From the NCBI GenBank assembly GCA_030390025.1, contig CM059432.1, forward strand, positions 38,628,001 to 38,692,000: a stretch of 64,000 nt of DNA. The letters run 5' to 3'. Position numbers and translations under genes: made by a program. The notes beneath the pieces were generated by a model. It made no database searches, was not told the DNA's origin, and saw only the letters and a program-made list of their open reading frames with translations. Shown in pieces: positions 1-12,593 of this stretch. Position 1 is the stretch's first letter. Every line of letters begins with the position of its first letter. The DNA is from Squalus acanthias. Its lineage: Eukaryota.

Positions 1-82
1 TTTTCAGCAGTGTCATAAACGCTGGGAGGCTGGGGGTGGGAATTTCAGAGCTTAGGGCCTAAACGGATGAAGGCACTGCCAA
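1..82 (-). mobile_element. L2 LINE 3' fragment
   Basis: gggaatttcagagcttagggcctaaacggatgaaggcactgcc resembles the L2 copy at 50630-50670. Confidence 0.55.
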
Positions 83-534
83 AATTCATCAGTAAAATAT
101 TAAGCAACATTACAGGAATTGATCCACAAAAAGTTAGTATATATACCCTTTTTAAAAAGTTGCCTTTTTTAAGCTTCTTGAAATGTTAACCCAATCAGTT
201 GCGCCTTCTCTTTCCTTCATACAGTTTTGAAATCCTTGCCAGAACTAAAGACTAGCATCTATAATGGATAAATTTATTCCATGGACCCTCTTTAAGGTAA
301 TGCATTTTTTTTTTGAAGTGTTAACAGTCTTCACATCTTGGTAGACAATGATGTTTTCACACGTGACCGCAATTGCAAAATGGCATACATGTCAGTCACA
401 GCTACATCCATTAACATTTTAAACTTGCTGCCCAGCAAAGACTTTTATCTTAATTGGCTCCTGACAAAAATCATTTCCCTTTCTCACAGACTTGCTGTCT
501 ACCATTTTGTACATAGTAAAGTGAGCATCTTCCC

Positions 535-730
535 TCTATGTAGTCTCAGGTCAGGTATAACAGTTAGATACACAGTAAAGTTCCTTTGACTCTGCCACAG
601 TAAAGTGCCAGCCCCAACCTCGGAAAACACATCCTGTGGCCTATCTGAATGAGATTATCAATTTTGTGCTGAGTTAGAAATAGCTTTGTTCTGTGGACTC
701 ACAGTGACCAGAGACTAGATTGAGATTACA
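535..730 (-). mobile_element. Ancient LF-SINE-like element, 3' part (split by the CR1 at 731-5464)
   Basis: Joins 5465-5580 across an ATTACA duplication. The joined minus strand has a tRNA-like head and a body resembling the LF-SINE consensus as I recall it. Confidence 0.5.
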
Positions 731-965
731 CATAAGAACATAAGAACATAAGAAATAGAAGCAGGAGTAGGCCAATTGGCCCCTCGAGCCTGCTCCGCCA
801 TTCAGTAAGATCATGGCTGATCTGATCCTAACTGCCAATCTACTATCACAGAACCATCTCCTGAACCTAACAGAATTGGACACATGAAATAGGAGCAGGA
901 CCAGGCTACATGGCCCCTGGGCCCGCTACGCTACCCACAGGGCCATGACCGATCCGAACCTAGAC

Positions 966-3905
966 TCATGTCCAAATTCCTGCCCGCTCCCCGTAACCCT
1001 TAATTCCCTTTACTTCTAGGAAACTGTCTATTTCTGTTTTAAATTTATGTAATGATGTAGCTTCTACAGCTTTTTGGGGCAGCATATTCCATGGACCTAC
1101 CACCCTCTGAGTGAAGTAGTTCCTTCTCATCTCAGTTTTGAAAGAGCAGCCCCTTATTCTAAGACTATGCCCCCTAGTTCTAGTTTCACCCATCATTGGG
1201 AACATCCTCCCCGCATCCACCCGATCCAACCCCTTCACAATCTTATATGTTTCAATAAGATCGCCTCTCATTCTTCTGAACTCCAATGAGTAGAGTCCCA
1301 ATCTACCCAACCTCTCCTCATATGTCCATCCCCTCATCCCCGGGATTAACCGAGTGAACCTTCTTTGTACTGACTCGAGAGCAAGTATGTCTTTTCTTAA
1401 GTATGGACAGCAAAACTGTATGCAGTATTCCAGGTGCGGTCTCACCAATACCTTGTACAACTGAAGCAATACCTCCCTATTTTTATATTCTATCCCCCTA
1501 GCAATGAAAGCCAACATTCCATTGGCCTTCTTAATCACTTGCTGCACCTGCATACTAACCTTTTGAGTTTCGTGCACCAGGACCCCCAGATCCCTTTGTA
1601 CTTCAGTACTTTCCAGTTTCTTGCCATTAAGATAATAACTTGCTCTACTATTTTTCCTGCCAAAGTGCATAACCTCACACTTTCCAGTGTTGTATTCCAT
1701 CTGCCAAATCTCTGCCCACTTACTTAGCCTGTCTATGTCCCCTTGCAGATTTTTTATGTCTCCTCACTCACTACTTTCCCTCCCATCTTAGTATCATCTG
1801 CAAACTTTGATATGTTACACTCGGTCCCCTCCTCCAAATCGTTAATATAGATTGTAAAGAGTTGGGGACCCAGCACTGACCCCTGCGGAACACCATTAGT
1901 TACTGATTGCCAGTCTGAGAATGAACCATTTATCCCAACTCTCTGCCTTCTGTTAGATAGCCAATCCTCTATCCATGCCAGAATATTACCCCCAATCCCG
2001 TGATTTTTTATCTTAAGCAATAATCTTTTGTGTGGCACCTTGTCAAATGCCTTTTGGAAGTCTAAATACACCACATCCACTGGTTCCCCTTTATCCAACT
2101 TGTATGTTACTTCCTCAAAGAACTCCAGCAAATTTGTCAAACATGACTTCCCCTTCATAAAACCATGCTGACTTTGTCCTATTAAATTATGATTATTCAA
2201 ATGTCCCGTTACTGTCTCCTTAATATAGGACTCCAAAATTTTACCTACCACAGATGTTAGGCTAACCGGTCTATAGTTTCCAGCCTTCTGTCTACTGCCC
2301 TTTTTAAATAAGGGTGTTACATTAGCAGTTTTCCAGTCTGCCGGGATCTTTGCTGAGTCCAGGGAGTTTTGGAAAATTATTACCAATGCATACACAATCC
2401 CTACCGCCACTTCCCTCAAGACCCTAGGATGTAAGCCATCAGGTCCAGGTGATTTATCCGCCTTGAGTCCCATTATTTTACCGAGTACCACTTCCTTAGT
2501 GATTTTGATCGTGTTTAGCTCCTCCCCCCCTATAGCCCCCTGTTTGTCCAGTGTTGGGATATTCTTAGTGTCCTCTACTGTAAAGACTGATACAAAATAT
2601 TCATTCAGTGTATTTGCCATCTCCATATTTCCCACCATTAATTTCCCGGTCTCATCCTCTAAGGGTCCAACATTTACGTTAGCCACCCTTTTTCTTTTTA
2701 TATAACTATAAAAACTCTTACTATCTGTTTTTATATTTTTTGCTAATTTACTTTCATAATCTATCTTCCCTTTCTTAATCAAACTTTTTGTTATTTTTTG
2801 CTGTCTTTTAAAGTTTTCCCAATCCTCTATCCTCCCACTAGATTTGGCTACCTTATATTCAGTCGAATACTATCCTTAATTTCTTTACTTAGCCACGGAT
2901 GACTGTCTTTTCTTTTACACCCTTTTCTTCTCAGTGGAATATATATTTTTTGGAAGTTGTAAAATAACTCCTTAAATGTACACCACTGATCATGTATCGT
3001 CCTACCCTTTAATCTATTTCCCAATCCACTCTACTCAATTCCGCTCGCATACCTTCATAGTCTCCTTTATTCAAGCTTAGCACGCTTGTTTGAGATCCAA
3101 CCTTCTCACCCTCTAATTGAATATGGAATTCAACCATGTTACGGTCACTCATTCCAAGGGGATCCTTTACTAGGACATTTTTAATTAATCCTGTCTCGTT
3201 ACACAGGACCAGATCTAAGGTTGCTTGCCCCCTGGTCGGTTCAGTTACATACTGCTCAAGAAACCCATCCCTAATACACTCAATGAACTCATCCTCAAGG
3301 CAGCCCTGCCCAATTTGATTTGTCCAATTAATATGATAGTTAAAATCCCCCATAATTAAAGATGTTCCCTTATTACAAGCCTCAACTATTTCCTGATTGA
3401 TACTCCGTCCAACAGAGTTGCAACTGTTCGGAGGCCTATAGACTACACCCACTAGTGTTTTTTTCCCCTTATTATTCCTTATCTCCACCCAAACTGTTTC
3501 ATTATCCTGATCTTTTGACCCAATATCATTTCTCTGTATTACAGTGATTCCTTCCTTTATTAACATAGCCACCCCACCTCCCCTTCCTTCCTGCCTGTCC
3601 TTCCTGATCGTTAAATAACCTGGTATGTTTAGTTCCCAGGCATTGTCACCCTGCAGCCATGTTTCTGTAATGGCCACAAGATCATACCCATATGTAGTTA
3701 TTTGTGCCATTAACTCGTCTATTTTGTTACGAATGCTACGTGCATTCAGATAGAGAACTTTCAAATATGTTTTGTGACACTTAGTTCCTGCTTTTGCCCT
3801 TTTTATTACTTTACCTTTTACTCCATACCTTCTGCCCCTTCCTGACACACTCTGGTTTTTAATTTCCCCAGTGCTACCTAAGTCTATGACCTTCTCTGTT
3901 GTCAT
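966..3905 (-). pseudogene. CR1 ORF2 (AP endonuclease + reverse transcriptase) broken into three ORFs
   Basis: YLNARS/AITETWL/MGDFN (APE), then [19 protein letters not shown] and FADD (RT); frameshifts near 3009, 2800-2870 and 1750. Confidence 0.92.
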
Positions 3906-3943
3906 TTTTATTATTTGCTCTCTAGGAACCTCCCCCCCACTAG

Positions 3944-4897
3944 TTAGTTTAAAGCCCTCTCTACAGCCCTAGTTATATGATCCGCCAGGACTCTAGTCCC
4001 AGCACTGGCCAAGTGAAGCCCGTCCCAACGGAACAGCTCCCTCCTGCCCCAGTACTGGTGCCAGTGTCCCAGGAAGCAAAACCCATTTCTCCCACACCAG
4101 TCTTTGAGCCACTCATTTAACTCTCTAATTTTATTTGTCCTAGCCAAATTCGCTCGTGGCTCAGGTAATAATCCAGAGATTATTACCCTTGAGGTTCTGT
4201 TTTTTAATTTGACCCCTAGCTGCTCATACTCCTTTAACAGAACCAGCTTCCTTGTCCTATCTACGTCGTTTGTACCAACATGGACCACGACAACTGGATC
4301 CACCCCCTCCCACTGCAAGTTTCTTTCCAGCCCAGAGGAGATGTCCTTAACCCTGGCACCGGGCAGGCAACACAGCCTACGGGACTCTCGCTCTCGGCTG
4401 CAGAGAACTCTATCTATCCCCCTAATAATACTATCCCCTACCACTACAACATTTCTATTTACTCCCCCCTCTTGAATGGCCCCCCGTTCCATGGTGCTGT
4501 GGCCAGGTTGCTCATCCTCCCTGCAGTCCCTGCTCCCGTCCCCACAGGGAGTAAGAACCTCGAACCTGTTGGACAAGAGCAAGGGCTGCAGCTCCTCCAA
4601 CACTACCTCCTGGATCCCCGTACCTGCCTCACTCGTAGTCACACCGTCCTGTCCCTGACCATGGGCTACATCTGAATTAATTAACTTCATAGGTGTGACC
4701 ACCTCCTGAAACACAGAGTCCAGGTACTTCTCCCCCTCCCTGATGTGTCACAGTGTCTGAAGCTCAGACTCCAGCTCATCAACACGGAGCTGGAGTTCCT
4801 GTAGCAGCAGACACTTGTCACAGATGTAATCACCGTGAGCCTCAATGGGGTCCACCGGCTCCCACATCTTGCAACAGTAACACATCAGCTGCTCCAT
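3944..4897 (-). pseudogene. CR1 ORF1 (Cys knuckle, coiled coil, SGNH esterase-like domain) with one premature stop
   Basis: MEQLMCYCCKMW..YICDKC..LQLRVDELESELQTL*; TGA at 4748-4750 is in frame with the 3944-4714 ORF containing GDS, VGTND and DGLHL. Confidence 0.88.
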
Positions 4898-5464
4898 TCT
4901 ATGTAATTAATTCAATTTTTTTATTGTTAGTTATGGACACTCTCTGCCCGATTATAGATTCTAGTATCCCCTCTAATTAGTTGGATTTAAATTAAATCAA
5001 TCCCTCTAAATTACACCAGTTAATTGGTTTACCAACAGTCACTCTGCACCAGAAAGGCCTTATTAACTACAACCCACAGAGTTAAAGTTTGAAAAGAGCA
5101 CCCTACACCCCACTCACCCGAACTCACACTTACCCAAACTCAGCACTCTCTGCTGACTCACACTCAGTGCTTGCTCACACTAGCACTGGTCTTTTTATAC
5201 TGTTTGTTTGTTTACAGCCAAATGAGTCACCCCTGCTGATTGATTAGAAAACTGGTTTCCACTGCCTGCTGTTCCAATTTACTCCTACTGCAGTGTAACC
5301 TTGTTTTACTCTTCTTAAACCAACAGAATCCCAAATATTTAACTTTTCTACTTCACTTAAACTGCTTAAGTACTCTTATCAAGAATGATTTAAAGAGAAC
5401 TAACAATTAAAGAACTCTCACACTTACCCAAACTCAGCACTCTCTGCTGACTCGCACTCAACTT

Positions 5465-5580
5465 ATTACATATAGAATTCAATCAGACAATGGAGACTTT
5501 CATCCAATCACTATGGATTCAAACCCAATTCCCAGAGGTGTGAGGCTTGGTCCTAACTTTATTATATCACCAGCTCCCCT
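5465..5580 (-). mobile_element. Ancient LF-SINE-like element, 5' tRNA-like head
   Basis: Minus strand reads gggagctgg...gcctcacacctctggg..gggtttgaatcca (B-box-like) and continues at 730. Confidence 0.5.
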
Positions 5581-7062
5581 ATTCATGTAAAAGAACATAT
5601 CTTGGAAATCCACAGCTACCAGCTAATCACCCAGACATACTGCTTATATAACGGATGTGTTTCTGAAGTTAGGACTGAAGAATATTATTGTAACAGGGAT
5701 CAACAGAGGTTAACTGCGTTGCACCTGACCTGGGACTGGAAAATGTTACACTCTTCAGCACTTATATCCCTCGGCTTGATGAATACAAAACTCACAAGAG
5801 TCACTTTCACAGAAGCATAAGGTCCATCCCACAAAGCCACCGGAGGCTCAATGGGTAATTATAACTTTATCACTGGGTGAAAAACAGGCCATAGCGAATT
5901 GACCACCTGTTTTAGACCCTATCCAATTTTCTTTTCAATCTTACACTTGTTGCATCTCAAAAGTCTCAAATCCTCTGAAGGTTTTACAATCAGCAACCAG
6001 TTCTTCTGTAGTGGGCCCTAACTAACAGGACCAACTTGTGGAAAGTCCTTGTTTAAACAATGGGTTCCGCAGGCAGTACTTTATAGAAATGTGTATAAAA
6101 TACTGAAACACTTATAGAACATGGGTCATGGTGAAATATACATTGCTCCAACAGAGTTCTTGTTCCTTAATCACTCCTTTGATGTGACAGATATTCTGTG
6201 ACTAAAACTACTGTAGGATTGCAAGCATTCAAAAATATTGGGTTAAAAAAATTACAAATTCTACCAAGGATGTAGTGAATGTAGCTACACAATATATTAA
6301 TGTTAAAGTACAATAAAAACATACTTTTCCAGTCATATTTATCAGATTTTTGAAGTAGAAAGGCTTGTGTTGTCACCCCTGTTTCCACTGCCTTTTTTCC
6401 CTCTTTATACCTATTTTCAAACTCATTTCATATTTAGATTAAACATGTTCAACGTTTTGTCTGTTGATTCTCCTGGTGCAACTGTTACAGTCTCTGGGAC
6501 AGTCCCATGTGGCTCTCCCGTGGGGCCAGCTTTTCTTAACACTTACATTGTTGGTCGTTCCAGGTAATTCAAAGTCTTCCTGTGCTGGCATTTTTAATGA
6601 GAATTTTCAGTTCATACATTGTGATACTGAAACAAGCCTTATTAAAACAATAAAGCCTCTCAAATATCAGGAGAGCTTTATAAATGTAATATTAATCCAA
6701 TGCAAACAACCATAATTAATATTCTTTTAAATGCAAGTGTTAAAACACATCTGCTCACTCCACCTTTTCAATTTTACATTTTCTGATATATATTCCTTAC
6801 TTTTTTTATAAAAAGAGAAATAAATACAATTTTCCTGCTGAGCCACTTAGGTAATACTTTTCATTTTGGAGGATTCATTCTTAATATATCCATAATGGAT
6901 TAATATGTGACACAGAACAGATGTTACACATATTGAGCTATGCAAAGTGGGGGGAAAAATTATCAATATTAATGTATGATGTCTCCACATACATCAACAG
7001 ATATGGTGTAATTTTGCATTGTAAATTCTGAGATTTTACCATACTGGTTGTAGTATGTTGGC

Positions 7063-8344
7063 ATAAAAACATAGGAACAGGAGTAGGCCATTCAGCCCCT
7101 CGAGTCTGTTCTGCCATTCAATGAGATCACGGCTGATCTGTGACCTAACTTCATATACCCGCCTTTAGCCCATATCCTTTAATACCTTTGGTTAACAAAA
7201 ATCTATCAATCTCCGATTTAAAATTAACAATTGATCTAGCATCAATTGCCGTTTGCGGAAAAGAGTTCAAACTTCTACCACCCTTTGTGTGTAGAAGTGT
7301 TTCCTAATTTCACTCCTGAATGGTCTGGCTCTAACTTTTAGACTATGCCCCTAGTCCTAGACTCCCCAACCAGCAGAAATAGTTTCTCTCTATCTACCCT
7401 ATCTGTTCCCCTTAATATCTAGCAAACTTCGATCAGATCATCCCTTAACCTTCTAAATTCTAGGGAATACAACCCTAATCTCTCCTCATAATTTAACCCT
7501 TGGAGTCTGGGTATCATTCTGGTAAACCTACGCTGCACTCCCTCCGAGGCCGATATATCCTTCCTAAGGTGTGGTGCCCAGAACTACAGGTGTGGTTTAA
7601 CCAGGGCTTTGTACAGCTGCAGCATAACTTCTATCCCCTTGTATTCTAGTCTTCTAGATATAAAGGCCAGCATTCCATTAGCCTTTTAAATTATTTTCTG
7701 TACCTGTTCATGACATTTTAATGATCCATGTACCTGGACCCCCCAAGTCTCTTGAAAGTACCCTGTTCTATCCTTTTTAGGTCCAAAGTGAATGCCCTCA
7801 CATTTGCCTACAATTAAATCAATTTGCCACAGTTTTGCCCATTCACTTAATCTATCGATATCCCTTTGTAATATTATGCTTTCATCTACACTGCCTACAA
7901 TGCCGCCTATCTTTGTGTCATCGGCAAATTTGGATATGTGGCTTTCTATGCTATCATCTAAGTCGTTAATAAATACTGTGAATAGTTGAGGCCCCAACAC
8001 AGATCCCTGCGGGACAGCACTAGTCACATCCTGCCAATTAGAGTACCTGCCCATTATCCCTGCTCTCTGTCTCCTGCCACTCAGCCAATTTCCTAACCAG
8101 GTCAATAATTTGCCTTCAATTCCGTTGGCTTCTACCTTATTTAACGGTCTCTTGGGACGTTATCAAATGCCTCCTGGAAATCAATATAAATAACATTCAT
8201 AGACATCCCCCTGTCCACTACTTTAATGATCTCCTCAAAAAATTCAATCAGGGTTGTCAAGCATGACCTACCTTTCACAAATCCATGCGGGCTCTCACTG
8301 ATCAGCTGAAAATGAGGTGTTCAGTCACCCAATCCTTAATTATA
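7063..8344 (-). mobile_element. 5'-truncated CR1, 3' part (continues at 13279-13640)
   Basis: CR1 tail at 7063 and RT motifs in ORF 7686-8105. The sequence ccttaattATA resumes as ATAgactctaac at 13279. Confidence 0.88.
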
Positions 8345-8626
8345 GGGGCGATTTTCCCATTGGAGACGGGTTGGAGGTGGGTTTCGGTTTGGGCGGGTTC
8401 CGAACCCACCTCCACTGTCAGGTGGGAAAAAGTTGCGATTTTCCCCTAATTGGTCAGTTAATTTCAGAGGTGTTGGTTCCCTGGGCCAATTAGTCTTTTG
8501 GGACTGAAACTCACCTCTGCTGACGTCACTTATCCAGCTTCACTTAAGGGCTGCTTGCTGCCTTGGCTCATTCCACTGGTTTTTGGTCGATGCTGCACCA
8601 CCTCCAAATTTTCATCACAGAGAAGA

Positions 8627-10642
8627 ATGGCCAGCACCAAGGCAAGGGCCTCCCCGAGGTTCTCGGATGAGGCACTGGGTATCCTGGTTGAGCGGGCGAG
8701 AGCTAGCAGGGAGGTGCTCTTCCCCTCATCTGGGAGGAAGAGGCCTCCCAAAGAAACCAAGGCTGTGTGGGTCCAGCTAGCAAGGGATATAACCTCCAGA
8801 GCTGTGTGCAGCAGAATATGGCTGCAGTGCTGTAAAAGGTTCAATGACCTTGTAAGATCAGGCAAAGTGAGTATACCATCAGCTTTACCCTTCTTCTGCT
8901 CCCCTTCTCCTCTCATCACCAGCACTCTGCATTGTCAACCTCCTCCTACACATCCCACTTTACCCTTACAACCCTTGCACCTTTCACCATCCCTCTCACT
9001 CTATGAACCCAATCACTTCACTATTCGACTATGCTGCCCTCACACTCCCTTTCAATGTTATGCAATGACAACGACTAACCGCACAGGGAGGGCCCTTGGA
9101 TATGGAACCTCACTCCATCTTTGTCTCCTTCTGAGCATCTATGCTCTGGACTCCCTACACTCACTCCATCATTCTCACTCCAACTCCACTTGTCTCCCTC
9201 ACTGCAGGAAAAGAGAGCCCACAATAGAAGGGAAAGGGCGAAGACAGGAGGAGGGCCACCTTCCCTAGCCATTCTCACCCAGGCTGAAGAGGCGGCCCTG
9301 GACATCGCCGGTGTGGAGGTGGAAGTGGGGGATGGACAGACGGGCGATGCAGACCAAGCTGGTGACAGAATAGTTTAGATTTCCAGCATCCGCAGTATTT
9401 TGCTATTGTACTGGTGACAGAATAGTTTTGCATCTCTCTCATTTACACTGCTTGAGTGACTGAAATGGCTGTGGGTGTACATTAATAGAAAGCCACTTGA
9501 TCATCTGCACTATTGCATGTGCATGCCACACTTCCGTGAAATGTCTAACCCATGCCTTTATTCCCCCACAGGACCATCCACAGAGCCCCCCTCACTCCCC
9601 CCCCACTGTCGATGAGGAAGAGGCTGAGCCAGAAGACTCCTCAGAGGAACCTGCAACCTCTGAGGACGCAGCGTCAGCAGATGTAAGCGCACCCAGCACC
9701 AGCGCAGATACGCACACCTCGGTGGGCCACTCGCGACATAGAGTAGTGTTGTCACCGTGTGTATCACAGCTCACAGGTGAGCATCAGCAGGTGGTGGAGA
9801 CAGGGACAGCAGTGGAGAGTCCTCGTCAGAGGTCGCAGGACTCTCCTAGCTCTGCTCCGCTTCATGTGGACCCTGTGCCTCTGGGTCCATCCAGAAGGAG
9901 AGTGGTGCTGGAACTCCAGGTGCAGGAGTCTCTGGCAGGTTTTGTCTCCAGGGTCACTGTGAGTGTGGAGAGAATGGAGGAGTCCATCGCTAACATGAGG
10001 GAAAGGATGGCAACTTCAGTGGAAAGGATGGCTACCTCCATTGTAACGATGGCTGCCTCTCTGGAAAGGGTGTCTACGGTAGAGGAGAGGATGGCTACGG
10101 CCATGGAGGTCCTAAGTCGCCAGAGTCAGGAAAACATGGTAAATGTTCAGAATAGACTGACATATCTGGAGGAGTGATGGGCAGCTATTGAGCAGAGGAA
10201 CCAGAGCTTCATGGAAGTCCTTTTGAGTAGGACTGCCAGTGCAGATACGGGTTCCCATGGCCCCCCTGATGTGCAGCAAGGTGCTCTCAAGCCACTTGCA
10301 AGCGCTGAGGTGGACCTGACCCATGAGAGGGAAGTTGGTGGCAGAGAACAAGGAAGTGGGGGCTCCTCTCCAAGCGCTCACCCTTCCATGCCACTGAGTA
10401 GCCCTCAGTCAGAGCCCCACCAGAGTCCGGACCCAACTGAGATGGGCGTCTCAGCCCCTGCACTGCCGCAGGATGAGCAGACGTTTGGTGAGCCCTCACA
10501 GGCTCGGAAACCCAGAGGACGCCCGCCAAAGGTGTCGAAGCAGGAGCAGCATGAAAGTGAGCAAGGGGCCTCCACTTCTGCTGAAGCCACAGGGGGAGCA
10601 CCACGTAGGAGCACGTGTGAGAGAAAAATAAAGCACAATTAG
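8627..10642 (+). pseudogene. Harbinger Myb/SANT-like DNA-binding protein gene, 3 exons (8627-8866, 9208-9361, 9572-10642)
   Basis: Exon 1 MASTKARASPRFSDEAL..W...R.W.QCCKRFNDL ends at a gtgagt donor; exon 2 is EKRAHNRRERAKTGGGPP. Exon 3 is acidic and coiled-coil, with a probable slip in the C run near 9600 and an in-frame TGA at 10175-10177. Confidence 0.82.
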
Positions 10643-10899
10643 TCACACGGGTAGGCACTTGGGTGATTGTTTCTGTTTATTGATGAAATGCCATCCCTGT
10701 GTGAATGTATTAAAATAAGGTGATGGCAAACTGTTGGCGTGATGGCATCTGTTATTTCGGCTTAGGCAGCTCCACATTGTGAGCTCCGCGACACTTGTGT
10801 GGTCTGGTTGGTGGTCAGAGTGAAATGAGGCCAGAGAGTCATGTCCATTGTCTATCATGTGTTAAGAAGGAGCCAAGCACATGTGCCACAATGGGCAAC

Positions 10900-12075
10900 C
10901 TATGCAAATCTGGCCAGGATGAGTGCATCCCTTGCATCACGGACAGCCATGTGCTCGCGTGCTGCCGCTGCTGCTGGTAGATGCGCCGCCGCTCGCTCCT
11001 CCTCCTCCTCCTCCTTATCTGAGGAGGCTATGAACTGAACCATTTGCTCATCAGGAAGCTGCAAGCCACGACGCTGTGCGATGTTGTGCAGTGCACAGCA
11101 GACCACGACCATTCTAGAGACCCTGGCTGCTGAGTACTGCAGGACTCCACCTGATCTGTCAAGGCATCGGAATCGCATCTTCAGCAAGCCAATGGTTTGT
11201 TCGATGATGGACCTGGTCGAAATGTGGCTGGCGTTGTAGCGCTCCTCAGCCTCGTTAGCTGGCCTCCTGACTGGCGTCATTAGCCACTTCTTCAGGGGGT
11301 AGCCCTTGTCACCAAGGAGCCATCCGTTAAGTTGGTTTGGCGGATTGAAGAGCGGAGGCACACTAGACTGCCGCAGGATGAACGAGTCATGGCAACTACC
11401 ACAGAACTTGGCACAAACATGCAAAATCTCCTTCTTGTGGTTACACACCAGCTGTACGTTGAGGGAGTGGAAGCCCTTGCGGTTGACAAAGATAGCTGGG
11501 TTGTGATGGGGTGCCCTAAGGGCCACATGTGTGCAGTCTATGACGCCCTGAACCATTGGCAAGCCTGCCATATTTGCAAAGCCAACCGAACGCATGGTTA
11601 CACTTGCTTGGTCCCTTGAGAAGTGGATGTAATTGTGCGCCTTTGCGAAAAGGGCATCGGTAACCTGCGTGATGCAATTGGGAGATGCCGCTGATGATCC
11701 TTGGAAGGAGCCTGAGGCAATAAACGTTGAGTATGGTGGTGACTTTGACAGCCACTGGTAAGGGGTGTCCACCTGCTCCTCTGGGCTCCAGGTTTGTGCA
11801 GCAGTGTGCAGATGTCTCCGACAACCTCTCGCGAAGCTTTGGCACTGCTGCCCAGTCATGTTGAGGTAGCTCATCCTCTGTCTGTAAACTCTGAGAGGGG
11901 AGTATCTCCTGCGGCGACGTGCTTCCATGCGCTGGCGCCTTCTGCCCTGTGCAGCATCAGGTGGGTGAGCAGGAGGTTGGCGCTCCTGCTGCTGAGCTGC
12001 CTGGTTCTGCTGCTGCCGTGGCTGCTCCTCATCCGAATCTGAGGTCCACGATGAAAGGAAATAAATGGTTCCCAT
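10900..12075 (-). pseudogene. Harbinger (HARBI1-like) DDE transposase
   Basis: Motifs [28 protein letters not shown] and [15 protein letters not shown]. The HTH segment [12 protein letters not shown] lies in another frame, implying compensating frameshifts. Confidence 0.9.
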
Positions 12076-12593
12076 GCTGCTGGCAGATACCTCCGTTGGG
12101 GAAGTGCTCAGTCCAAGCGGGGAAAGGGTTTTCCAAGGAGGTCCCACAGTTGAGAGATAGAAGCTGCAGCACCTCTGACTTCAGTAGGCCTGCTAAAAGT
12201 GCTGAAAGACCTGTGGAACAAAAGTTCTGCCACCTGCAACTGATCCCTGTTGAAATCTCCGTTTTAATGATGGAGCTACAGCTGTGAGGAGGTCACCCAC
12301 TTGTCAACCCGCCAGGATTAGCTGGCAAGGTTTAGGAGGGCCGTGCAACATGCTGAAAATGTGGTAAAATAACAAAGGCCTGGCAAAATAGGATTATAGA
12401 GGCCCTTAGCCACTTGTTAAGGGTCTTAACTACCTCTCCCGACTGATGGAGGCGGGACCGAATTGCACCCATGATACCCGGCTCCGGCAAAATTGCGTGG
12501 AGGCGGGTTAGAGGTGGGTTCCAAACCCGCCCTCACTTTTTGCAATTTTCCCAACTGTCCCGCCTCCAAAGGGCTGGGAAAATCACCCCCATA

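Larger units (their letters stand above)
731..5464 (-). mobile_element. Full-length but inactivated CR1 LINE
   Basis: 5' UTR, ORF1, ORF2 (APE + RT) and an (ATAAGAAC)n tail, flanked by a 6-bp TSD ATTACA at 725-730 and 5465-5470. Confidence 0.93.
8345..12590. mobile_element. Complete PIF/Harbinger DNA transposon (decayed)
   Basis: TIRs GGGGCGATTTTCCC / GGGAAAATCACCCCC, a 3-bp ATA TSD, and convergent Myb/SANT and DDE transposase genes. Confidence 0.92.

Noticed and set aside
1074..4675. Plus-strand ORFs over the CR1, and similar antisense ORFs elsewhere
   Set aside because: These are shadow frames of LINE or transposon coding sequence.
6547..6591. Minus-strand first exon MPAQEDFELPGTTNN|gtaagt, for example of a downstream neighbour such as CPQ
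   Set aside because: No recognisable homology or partner exons.
10900..12147. Domesticated HARBI1 host gene
   Set aside because: It lies between TIRs with a TSD, next to a broken Myb partner, and has an internally frameshifted segment.
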